A DNA stretch of 39,191 nucleotides. It comes from a virus (taxonomy: Duplodnaviria; Caudoviricetes). The stretch is taken from IMG/VR virus record IMGVR_UViG_3300017766_003831, positions 1-39,191 of that record. One strand, 5' to 3'. The notes under the pieces are model-generated. The model did not search any database. It had not been told where the DNA came from and saw only the letters and a list, made by a program, of their open reading frames with translations. Position numbers and translations under genes: made by a program. Of this stretch, positions 28,730-36,714 are shown piece by piece (within the stretch, counting starts at the first letter, position 1; the number at the start of each line of letters is the position of its first letter).

Positions 28730-29575
28730 TTAAACTTGTCTATTTAATGTTATTTGATAGCGTTGTACTGCTGTATAGAAATTTGCTGCTTCAGTGTCTG
28801 TTAAACCGTCTCCGATTGATATAAATGAGTACTGATTGTCCATATAATAATATGGTGTAGAAGTTGTATTTAATCTACCAATATTTAACGTTAAATTTGT
28901 TATAGTCCCTGTAGCTATGTTAGCTGTGGATGTTAGCACGCTTCCATTTCTATAAATTTTATGACTATTTGATGCGGTAGTTGACCCAATCCAAAAGCCT
29001 CTAGCATCACTGTAGGTTGTTAATAGTCTACCATTACTACTATAGTTACCAAAATCATATATGATTGGATTTGTATAAATACTCCAAGTTGGTCTTTTTA
29101 TAGCCAATCCAAACAATGGATCTGCTGTAGTAGAATTTCCAACTCCAATATCCCAGCCAGAGCCGGTTGGATTTTGTGTTCTAGAATAAATACACAAATG
29201 ACTGTTGTTTTTAAAATCAGCAAAAACTGTAGATGGATTTAAAAAGGTGTCTGCATAATCAGAGGTACCATTACCAACCATTCCAGTTGAGCTATGAGTC
29301 CACCCTCCAGTAAAAGTTAAATTATAAGTTCCAGGCGTTCTAAGATTAACAGCATGAGCAGCACTCGTTCCGCCAACAACTGGGTAAATGGCTTTCATCT
29401 TAGTCCATACACCATATCCTTTTAAATCAGTTACTAATCTATATATAGCAATTTTTTGTATTCCATTTGTAATACTGGCTGCTGTAATAAATGCTTGAGC
29501 ATCTACATCTGGTATTGTGTTGTAGAATGCTTGTGGCGTTGTTGTGAATGTGCTATTTTGAAATAATCCTCCCAT
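28730..29575 (-). CDS. Lectin-like virion protein, paralogue family 1 (copy C)
   Basis: Same conserved terminal blocks. Confidence 0.7.
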   Translation of the reverse strand: MGGLFQNSTFTTTPQAFYNTIPDVDAQAFITAASITNGIQKIAIYRLVTDLKGYGVWTKMKAIYPVVGGTSAAHAVNLRTPGTYNLTFTGGWTHSSTGMVGNGTSDYADTFLNPSTVFADFKNNSHLCIYSRTQNPTGSGWDIGVGNSTTADPLFGLAIKRPTWSIYTNPIIYDFGNYSSNGRLLTTYSDARGFWIGSTTASNSHKIYRNGSVLTSTANIATGTITNLTLNIGRLNTTSTPYYYMDNQYSFISIGDGLTDTEAANFYTAVQRYQITLNRQV

Positions 29576-29576
29576 A

Positions 29577-30368
29577 TTACACTTGACGTCCTAAAGTTGT
29601 TTGAAATTTTTGTACTGCTGTATAGAAGTTTGCTGCTTCGGTGTCTGTTAAGCCGTCTCCGATTGAAGCAAAGGCACATTGTTTATTTGAAAATTCAATA
29701 CCACCACTATTCGAGTTTCCACCTAACCATGTACTTAAAGTGGATAAAGGATTAGTATTTGCTGTTGTACTAGTACCTAACAAAATATTATTAAAATATA
29801 ATTTAATAAGGCTATTAGATGTTATTGAACCTACAGCTAAACCTCTTGTATCACTAACTCCAGGATTTTTGAATATTCCTGTTGTTGTGTTATTGCCAGC
29901 TAAAAAATAAGTTTGTCCATAAGAATGTATACCAAGTAAACTTGTTTGTGTTGCTGATGTTTGAGAACCTACATCTACTCTTCCTTGAGCACCAGTGGAT
30001 ATGGATAATGTTCTTGAATAATATGAAAAATGATAATTATAGTTAGTTAGTATGTTATTTGGGATTAAAAAAGTATTAGCATAATCACTACTCCCATTAG
30101 GAGTCATTCCATTTGAACTATGCACCCACCCTGCTGTAAAAGCTAATCTATAAGCTATATCTAAATCACGAGGATCCTTTAAATTAAATTTATGAGCAGC
30201 AGCAGTACCCCCCACTATAGGATATATAGCTTTCATTTTATTCCATATACCCGCATACTTTAAATCAGCAACAAGAGTAGATACCGCTGTAATTTGGGTT
30301 CTATCTGTTATTCCTGTTGCTTGAATAAAGTTATGTGTGTCTGGTGGTGAGTTTTTATAAATAGCCAT
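29577..30368 (-). CDS. Lectin-like virion protein, paralogue family 1 (copy D)
   Basis: Same conserved terminal blocks. Confidence 0.7.
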   Translation of the reverse strand: MAIYKNSPPDTHNFIQATGITDRTQITAVSTLVADLKYAGIWNKMKAIYPIVGGTAAAHKFNLKDPRDLDIAYRLAFTAGWVHSSNGMTPNGSSDYANTFLIPNNILTNYNYHFSYYSRTLSISTGAQGRVDVGSQTSATQTSLLGIHSYGQTYFLAGNNTTTGIFKNPGVSDTRGLAVGSITSNSLIKLYFNNILLGTSTTANTNPLSTLSTWLGGNSNSGGIEFSNKQCAFASIGDGLTDTEAANFYTAVQKFQTTLGRQV

Positions 30369-30376
30369 AAAATACT

Positions 30377-30583
30377 TTAAACAATAGTGTTATGTATACT
30401 GATGAAAGTAATATCATATATTGTAGATTCTGATTGTTGATTTTGATAATATAGTGTAATTTTATCTTTAACAGCATCTTCATTATCTGCTTCTACTAAA
30501 TGAGTATCAGTAAGTGAATATGTTTTTGTATATTCCTCTACTGTCTCTGTTTTATTTATTCTAATTGATGTTATATACAACAT
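30377..30583 (-). CDS. Small hypothetical protein (possible fibre assembly factor)
   Basis: 68-aa ORF tightly packed downstream of the fibre gene. Confidence 0.6.
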   Translation of the reverse strand: MLYITSIRINKTETVEEYTKTYSLTDTHLVEADNEDAVKDKITLYYQNQQSESTIYDITFISIHNTIV

Positions 30584-30593
30584 AATAAATTTA

Positions 30594-33416
30594 TTATTGA
30601 TTTACAAAGAATCTTTCAACTAACACACTAATGTTTCCACCATAAGTTGTATTACTTCTAAACATGGTAATTCTATAGAATGGATAATTAGCATCAGATC
30701 CAGCGCTTATGGTAATATCTAATCTCATGTCAGATCCCATTCCTGTTGGATATATATCCACTATACCTGAGGCTACGTTAATATCACTAGTAACAGTTGT
30801 TGCTGCTGTTGAACTAAATACGTGACATTGAACTCTACCTGAAGCTGGATCTGTTAATACTGTTAATTCTGGATCAGTACCTGATGAGTCATATCCTAAA
30901 AGAATGTAGTTATCTTGGTATATAGGTCGAGTTGTAGTTAAGTAACTAAAACTTCTATATTTTGTAATACCTACATTGTAATTTTGTGTAGATGATCCAG
31001 TTGGTATAGTGAATGTTAAAGAAGATGTTGTTTGGGAACTAGTAATACCACCTGGTCTTATGTTTAATGATCCTGATATGTTTACTAAACTACCTGTTTT
31101 TTTCAAAACAACATTTGGGTAATCATATATATTAACATCCCAATTTGAAGTTGCTTCAATTATTGGTAAACCAGAAACATCATTTACCATGTAAATAGAT
31201 CCTGATGTTACATCATTTACTGTAAATTGGCTACCAACATTTGATGCTCCAAAATCTACTATTAAATTTTGTGTATTAGATCCACTGAAAGATCCAGTGA
31301 AAGTTGGTAACAACCTTAATGCAGTTGAAGTTTGATTTGGTGAGTTATTTGTGAATACTGGAGCAATGGTTGTTTGGAATATTCTTGAACCAGTTGTAGC
31401 AGGATGAGTTAATCCTTGATTTATGTTTTGTACTGATTCTGAATTAAGTACTGAGAATGATCCAGTTAATGTTTGTCTACCAGTTATTGTTAATGAACCA
31501 GTCATTAACGCTGAACCAGTTGCTGTTAAAGCTCCATTCATTGTTAATGGACCTACTAAAGTTAAAGAACCAGTTAATAATGATGATCCAGATACGGTAA
31601 ACGTTTGTACTAGTCGATTAACGAACGATGCTGTACTTGCAAATGATGATGATAAAGCTGAATCTGCTCTTGAAGCTGATACTGTTCTCGATGAACTTAC
31701 TGCCCAAGATCCAGTACCAAACAAACTACCCGATAAAGAACCAGTGAAACTACCAGTAATATTACCAAAAGTAATACTTGCTGTTCCAAATGTAGAAACG
31801 GCTTGTGTAGCATCTAAAGCTGATTGAAATATTGTACTTCCTGAAAATAAGAAGCTGTCAAAATCAAAATCAAGGTACGAAGCAGATACAGAGAATACAC
31901 TTCCTGTTGCTGAACCAGATATTGTTAAAGATCCAGTGAGAATTACATTTTGATTAAGTGGATTAACAAATGATGCTGTTGAAGCAAATGAACTACTTAC
32001 TGCGTTTAATACGTATGAGGCGGTTGTTGCATTACTTGCCCAACTTGCTGTTCCAAATAAACTACCAGTTATGTTTGGTAAATTAGCACTACCTGTAACC
32101 TCGAGGCTACCACTTACTATTGTTCTACCAATAAGTGTTTGTGTATCATTTGTTGCATCTCCAAATTGATTTGAACCTGATGAATATATTATTGAAGCTG
32201 ATTCATATGCTACATTTAGATATGCTATTGAAGCGGTTCCATTGATTGATACATTGCCATTAACAATTACGTTTTGATTTAGTGTGTTTAGATAAGATGC
32301 TGTTAAAGCATTAGATGCTGTGCCAAATAGGGATCCAGTTACACCTCCATTAGTTACACTCAAACTTCCAGTTAATCCATATGAACCACTTAATTGATTT
32401 GTGTGTGTCCAAACTCCATAAGACCCTGACTGCACATATGTCCACAAATCTCCGTATGCATAGTTTCCTTGAACTCGGACTGAACTTAAATCTGAAAAAT
32501 CAATGGGCTCTTGTACAGCTACATAAATGATACCACTACCTCCAGGACTTGCTTTTACACATACTCCTACAGGAATAATTTCAAAAGGTGCTTCAGGAGC
32601 TGTTCCTGTTAATAATCCTGCTGTTGTTGAAACATATAAGGTTTCACCTTCAATAAAGGCATTTGTGTTTAATCCTCTAACTAGTCCTTGAGTAGTAACA
32701 TATCCAAAACTATTTGCTTCAATATTGTGAGTAGCAAGACCTAGGATCTGATTATCAACATTAACACTTCCTGACACTGCTATAGACTGTGCTAAAACGG
32801 CTGTTGGAACATCCCCTTGAGATCCATCTAATCGAACAACAGAACCATTTGCTATTGTTACTCCAGTGTTATTACGTATTCTAGTCCAATTTTCTTGTCC
32901 TACTTGCAAAGTAACATCCGCTTCAGCATTATATACATCTAAACAACTATCTATATTGTTCCAATATACTCTACCTGATTTCCAAGCAGGTGCTGCTGAT
33001 CCAGTATTAAAATCTATGTAATTTACACTTGTAATACTGCCTAATATAGTAAAGTCATTAGCATATGAAGCTGTTTCAGCATAAGAACTGCTTAATGATT
33101 TGTTAGAATAAGATGCGGTACCTAATAAAGATCCAGTAAATCCATCCGTTGATAGGATAGATCCCGTTACAATTAAACTACCAGTTATTTCTGCACTTCC
33201 AGTAAATGGAAATCCAGCTCCACTTCCTCCACCTCCATTTAAAGCATAAGAAGCTGTTAAGGCATAAGATGCGGATTCAATGGTTCCTAATAAAAGGGAG
33301 GCTGTTAAAGCATATGATGAGGTTCCTTCAAGTGAACCTGTTATTCCGTTTGATACGGTTAATGTGTTTAAAGATGCGTCACTACCCGATGTAATGACTT
33401 TTTTCCAATTTGGCAT
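30594..33416 (-). CDS. Ser/Thr/Gly-rich tail fibre-like protein
   Basis: 940 aa with many TGS/SGS and TASYA motifs, beta-rich segments and an internal globular domain (GLAT..I....FGYVT..GLV....T..F.EGETLYVS). Confidence 0.7.
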   Translation of the reverse strand: MPNWKKVITSGSDASLNTLTVSNGITGSLEGTSSYALTASLLLGTIESASYALTASYALNGGGGSGAGFPFTGSAEITGSLIVTGSILSTDGFTGSLLGTASYSNKSLSSSYAETASYANDFTILGSITSVNYIDFNTGSAAPAWKSGRVYWNNIDSCLDVYNAEADVTLQVGQENWTRIRNNTGVTIANGSVVRLDGSQGDVPTAVLAQSIAVSGSVNVDNQILGLATHNIEANSFGYVTTQGLVRGLNTNAFIEGETLYVSTTAGLLTGTAPEAPFEIIPVGVCVKASPGGSGIIYVAVQEPIDFSDLSSVRVQGNYAYGDLWTYVQSGSYGVWTHTNQLSGSYGLTGSLSVTNGGVTGSLFGTASNALTASYLNTLNQNVIVNGNVSINGTASIAYLNVAYESASIIYSSGSNQFGDATNDTQTLIGRTIVSGSLEVTGSANLPNITGSLFGTASWASNATTASYVLNAVSSSFASTASFVNPLNQNVILTGSLTISGSATGSVFSVSASYLDFDFDSFLFSGSTIFQSALDATQAVSTFGTASITFGNITGSFTGSLSGSLFGTGSWAVSSSRTVSASRADSALSSSFASTASFVNRLVQTFTVSGSSLLTGSLTLVGPLTMNGALTATGSALMTGSLTITGRQTLTGSFSVLNSESVQNINQGLTHPATTGSRIFQTTIAPVFTNNSPNQTSTALRLLPTFTGSFSGSNTQNLIVDFGASNVGSQFTVNDVTSGSIYMVNDVSGLPIIEATSNWDVNIYDYPNVVLKKTGSLVNISGSLNIRPGGITSSQTTSSLTFTIPTGSSTQNYNVGITKYRSFSYLTTTRPIYQDNYILLGYDSSGTDPELTVLTDPASGRVQCHVFSSTAATTVTSDINVASGIVDIYPTGMGSDMRLDITISAGSDANYPFYRITMFRSNTTYGGNISVLVERFFVNQ

Positions 33417-33432
33417 ACTATTTTAATTTTTT

Positions 33433-33492
33433 ATTGTGGTTAGATACATACACTTATGCCGTGTATATGCCTACTTCCTTTCGGCCAACAAT
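33433..33492 (-). ncRNA. Candidate structured cis-regulatory RNA (three-way junction) in the fibre gene 5' leader
   Basis: GC-enriched island in an AT-rich spacer; P1 AUUG(U)UGG/CCACAAU, P2 CC-GAAA-GG, P3 UAGGCAUAUACAC/GUGUAUGUAUCUA; lies between a promoter motif and the ATG. Confidence 0.55.
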
Positions 33493-33501
33493 GTATATTC
33501 A

Positions 33502-33532
33502 TAAATATACTATTTTTTAAGAAAAAATCAAA
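33502..33532 (-). promoter_or_regulatory. Putative promoter TTTG-N19-TATATTTA
   Basis: TTTG (33532-33529), 19-nt spacer, TATATTTA (33509-33502), immediately upstream of the leader structure. Confidence 0.55.
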
Positions 33533-33535
33533 TTT

Positions 33536-33712
33536 TTAATCTTCTTTTACGAACAAATCGTCCCCTACTTCTTTTACTTTAGGTTCAGATAGTTCTCTTA
33601 ATTTTTGTTCTACTTTTAATTGAAGTTGAGTTAAAAATTTTGAATCAGCTCCTTTAATAGTAATGTGATCTAAAGCTGCTCTAACTATTTGTAATTCAGG
33701 TAACGTAAACAT
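33536..33712 (-). CDS. Small helical hypothetical protein (58 aa, not in the ORF track)
   Basis: Manual translation MFTLPELQIVRAALDHITIKGADSKFLTQLQLKVEQKLRELSEPKVKEVGDDLFVKED*; overlaps the end of the glycosyltransferase gene; loosely similar to the C-terminal half of 36472-36708. Confidence 0.65.
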   Translation of the reverse strand: MFTLPELQIVRAALDHITIKGADSKFLTQLQLKVEQKLRELSEPKVKEVGDDLFVKED

Positions 33713-34757
33713 ATTCTTTTATTTTTTCTTCTATTGTTTGTAATACATCTTCTTTAGATACAGGGTGTAATACTTCTTCATACTTTATAATATCTCTTGG
33801 ATATTCTTTATTGTATATTCTAGTATAATTTTGTGTTGGTTCATGATATGGAGGAGTAAAGTCACTTATTAATATAACATGCACATTACATCCCCAAGCT
33901 AACCAGGATAACCCAGATGAGTTTCCAACAAAAAATTGTGATTCTGCTAAATCTTGTATTCTATCGGTTAATGGGTAATCTCCAGACTTGTTTGTAACGT
34001 TTTTTAAATAGGACGATTCTTTACTAATTACTACAACTTCATATCCATACGAAACAAATAAATCTACTATTGCTTGCCAACCACCTATAACATTCCAATC
34101 TTTTACTTTAAGTGAAGCATATTCACTAATGCAAACTTTCTTTTTACGAGGAACTAGTGGATAATCAATTCTTGGTTTTGCTTCTACATACTCTAATCCT
34201 AAAATATCTGATGCTATCTTTTGTAGTGGATTGTTTAAATATAAACTAGGTTGGTATGTAAGGTTTACAAAATTAGAAGTTCCAATATAATATTGAGCAT
34301 ATACATTATGTATTTTTGTATTTGGAGCTACAAACATTATGTCTGGATATGTGTTTATGAATAAGTCGTTCCAAAAGGTTGAGCATATAACTCTACAATT
34401 ATGTTTTACTCTGAATTGTTCTATATAATCAATCCAAGCTAAATTGTCACCTAATGCTCTAGCATCCATTTTAATAAATACCACTTTATTTTCTAGGTCT
34501 AGGGAGTGAGTGTGTATTATATTATTCTGTGCATCTTTAAATACTATTTTCCACTTGGTGTAGTATTGTCTAATCCCTACAATAGGTTTATTTTTTTGCT
34601 TTAGTGTTCTGGTTTCTATTAGATCTCCAGTTTCATCATCTATGTAGTCCACTACTACTTCATTCTCTAACTCCTCTTGTGTTTGTGGATATAGTGTTAT
34701 AATAGGTGTTCCTACTTCAAATGGTAGGTTTGTTACAAAGTCTACTTTTACTTTCAT
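33696..34757 (-). CDS. Aah/TibC-like autotransporter O-heptosyltransferase family glycosyltransferase (GT9-related)
   Basis: N-terminal beta domain (YYTKWKI), V.I..DARALGD.LAW, FR.KHNC.VICSTF, K.W...GWQ..VD, FVG.SSGLSWLAW, VILISDFT. Confidence 0.75.
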   Translation of the reverse strand: MKVKVDFVTNLPFEVGTPIITLYPQTQEELENEVVVDYIDDETGDLIETRTLKQKNKPIVGIRQYYTKWKIVFKDAQNNIIHTHSLDLENKVVFIKMDARALGDNLAWIDYIEQFRVKHNCRVICSTFWNDLFINTYPDIMFVAPNTKIHNVYAQYYIGTSNFVNLTYQPSLYLNNPLQKIASDILGLEYVEAKPRIDYPLVPRKKKVCISEYASLKVKDWNVIGGWQAIVDLFVSYGYEVVVISKESSYLKNVTNKSGDYPLTDRIQDLAESQFFVGNSSGLSWLAWGCNVHVILISDFTPPYHEPTQNYTRIYNKEYPRDIIKYEEVLHPVSKEDVLQTIEEKIKEYVYVT

Positions 34758-35185
34758 TTGTTAAAAGAAATTTTAAACCATGCTTTTTCATGTAAAAAAT
34801 AGATAAATGGTTTAATTAGTAATTCACCAACTCCTAATAAGGAGTATACTTCCCAAGATGCTCCTAAACAATAGGCTGTAGCTACTGTAGTAGCTGTGGC
34901 TGTTAGTCTATAAGTAATTGTCTTTAATAAATGTCTTAAATTTGGATTGTCTGCTCGTTTTGTTTTGATATAAGCTACACCATCCTTAACTTCTAGAATA
35001 CCTTCACAAGTAATGTGATATTTGTTTCCTAAATTTTCAATATAATCCTTTGTTGTTCTAGTTTGTGATGTAATAACAATATCAGAAACTAATGTTTCCT
35101 TACCATCATTAATTAATCTCCAGCTTTCACTGTCGTTTTTTGAATTAGTGTTATATCGAATTTGATAGGTTTTTTGTTCGCTCAT
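34754..35185 (-). CDS. Fusion of a small beta domain and a DUF2061-like membrane domain
   Basis: C-terminal RHLLKTITYR..AT..T.......ELLIK...YFLHEKAW matches the DUF2061 pattern. Confidence 0.65.
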   Translation of the reverse strand: MSEQKTYQIRYNTNSKNDSESWRLINDGKETLVSDIVITSQTRTTKDYIENLGNKYHITCEGILEVKDGVAYIKTKRADNPNLRHLLKTITYRLTATATTVATAYCLGASWEVYSLLGVGELLIKPFIYFLHEKAWFKISFNK

Positions 35186-35633
35186 TTAATTTATTTTTAA
35201 TATAATCAAAACAATCATTAGGTAGTATGTTTGTTGTATCAATGTCTATAAAATTAGTAAGTGGAGCTTCATATTCTGTTGTGTGAAAATGTTCTCTACC
35301 ACGTACATCCGTTGTATGTACATATAATTCAACTATACTATCGCCTAAAGCAGTTTTAAAAGATTCACGTAATTCTCTATAAGGAGCTACCAAACTAACT
35401 ATAACATTATGTCCTCCATGAAATATAAATTTAGCAATGTCTTGAGCTCGTTTGATATTTTCTTCTCTTCCTTCTCTACCATACTTGGAATTGTTGAAAA
35501 GAGCTCTAAGTTCATCACCATCAATATGGAAAATCTTTTGTGTATTTTGTTTTTCTAAATACTCTTTTAGTAGCTTTGATAAAACTGTTTTACCAGCACC
35601 CGGCTGACCTGTAAACCAATAGATCTTATTCAT
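35151..35633 (-). CDS. cysC: Adenylyl-sulfate (APS) kinase
   Basis: WFTGQPGAGKT P-loop, IDGDELR, GREENI, VSLVAPY...R, YEAP; the lid region is shortened. Start placed at MNKIYW (35633). Confidence 0.85.
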   Translation of the reverse strand: MNKIYWFTGQPGAGKTVLSKLLKEYLEKQNTQKIFHIDGDELRALFNNSKYGREGREENIKRAQDIAKFIFHGGHNVIVSLVAPYRELRESFKTALGDSIVELYVHTTDVRGREHFHTTEYEAPLTNFIDIDTTNILPNDCFDYIKNKLNERTKNLSNSI

Positions 35634-35634
35634 T

Positions 35635-36453
35635 TTAATTATATTTAAACTCTCTAAAAAACCATTCATACTTTGACTTAATAAAATTACAAGTGTTGGT
35701 TCCTAAAATTTCTTTGTAATTGTTTTGTATAGGTTCTATTTTTTTACGAATATTATGATCTCCATAAATTCCATATACTTCATCATCTTCTACTGTAATT
35801 TGTTCCACATTATCAAAGTCATGTTGATAGTAAGGTAATTCTAAATAGTTGTAAATTCGTTTTAATTCTGCTTCTGGATTAGAACATAGATCTTCAAATT
35901 TTACAAATAGCATTTTACTATTGATTCCTTCATGAAATATCTGTTGTATTCTTTCGAATGCTAATCCAACTGGTGGAGTTGATGACCACGTTTCTACTCT
36001 TTTTTGAGTAGTTGTATTCTGCATTTTCGAATGGTTTACAATACCCGAATCTTTATCTTGATTTTTTCTAAAGTTTTTCTCCATGGAAGCATATATTGCT
36101 CTTGGATCTCGAATCATGCAAATAATTTTTGGATTAGGATAGAAAGAATTTAAGAACCCATAATGAATACCCCAACCTCTGCTTTTATCTAAAACATAAG
36201 GTTTGTTTGTTACTCCGTTATAGAAACCGGACATTCCGTACAAACAGAAGGATCTAAATCCTTTTTGCATTAATGTAGCATCTTGAGCTTTGAACTCTGG
36301 AGAATTTGTGTAGTTCCCCCTTGCTGCATAAAGCAATTCAAGTACTCCGGATGTTGGAGTAACGTAAAAATCAGGGTTTTGTCCTATTATATTTTGTAAT
36401 AGAGTTGATCCAGCTCTTGGTAGAGATGATTGAAAGAAAATTTGATTTGGCAT
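35635..36453 (-). CDS. PAPS-dependent sulfotransferase
   Basis: 5'-PSB motif SLPRAGSTLL, DKSRGW, 3'-PB motif IRDP..IYAS, VKFEDL..NP. Confidence 0.88.
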   Translation of the reverse strand: MPNQIFFQSSLPRAGSTLLQNIIGQNPDFYVTPTSGVLELLYAARGNYTNSPEFKAQDATLMQKGFRSFCLYGMSGFYNGVTNKPYVLDKSRGWGIHYGFLNSFYPNPKIICMIRDPRAIYASMEKNFRKNQDKDSGIVNHSKMQNTTTQKRVETWSSTPPVGLAFERIQQIFHEGINSKMLFVKFEDLCSNPEAELKRIYNYLELPYYQHDFDNVEQITVEDDEVYGIYGDHNIRKKIEPIQNNYKEILGTNTCNFIKSKYEWFFREFKYN

Positions 36454-36471
36454 AACTTTTTTTAATAGATT

Positions 36472-36708
36472 TTATTTAGTTAAATAATACTTTTGTAATT
36501 TAAAGACTAAATTATATAATAATTCTAAATTTTCACCTTTAAATGTAGAGTTTTTAATTAACGTTAACATAAGCTCTATTTCTTGTTTTTCCAAAGAAAA
36601 ATTGTTTTCTTTTAAAGAAGTGTTGTTTTCTTTTAGAGAAAGATCTCCTTCCTTTACGGAAGGAGATTCATTCTTCATTTTGTTTAGTATTCCCATAACT
36701 AAATTCAT
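36472..36708 (-). CDS. Small hypothetical protein (possible fibre chaperone)
   Basis: 78-aa ORF following the fibre gene; FKGE....LY.LV.KLQ; short SLKENN duplication. Confidence 0.65.
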   Translation of the reverse strand: MNLVMGILNKMKNESPSVKEGDLSLKENNTSLKENNFSLEKQEIELMLTLIKNSTFKGENLELLYNLVFKLQKYYLTK

Positions 36709-36714
36709 AGTTTA

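Noticed and set aside
25460-30368. Diversity-generating retroelement target/template pairs
   Set aside because: Differences between repeated gene ends are mostly synonymous and not adenine-specific; no reverse transcriptase or non-coding template is in the window.
33470-33490. SRP RNA resemblance (GGCCGAAAGGAAGUAG versus SRP helix 8)
   Set aside because: The CAGG side of the symmetric loop and the long SRP hairpin are missing; it is better explained as part of a leader three-way junction.
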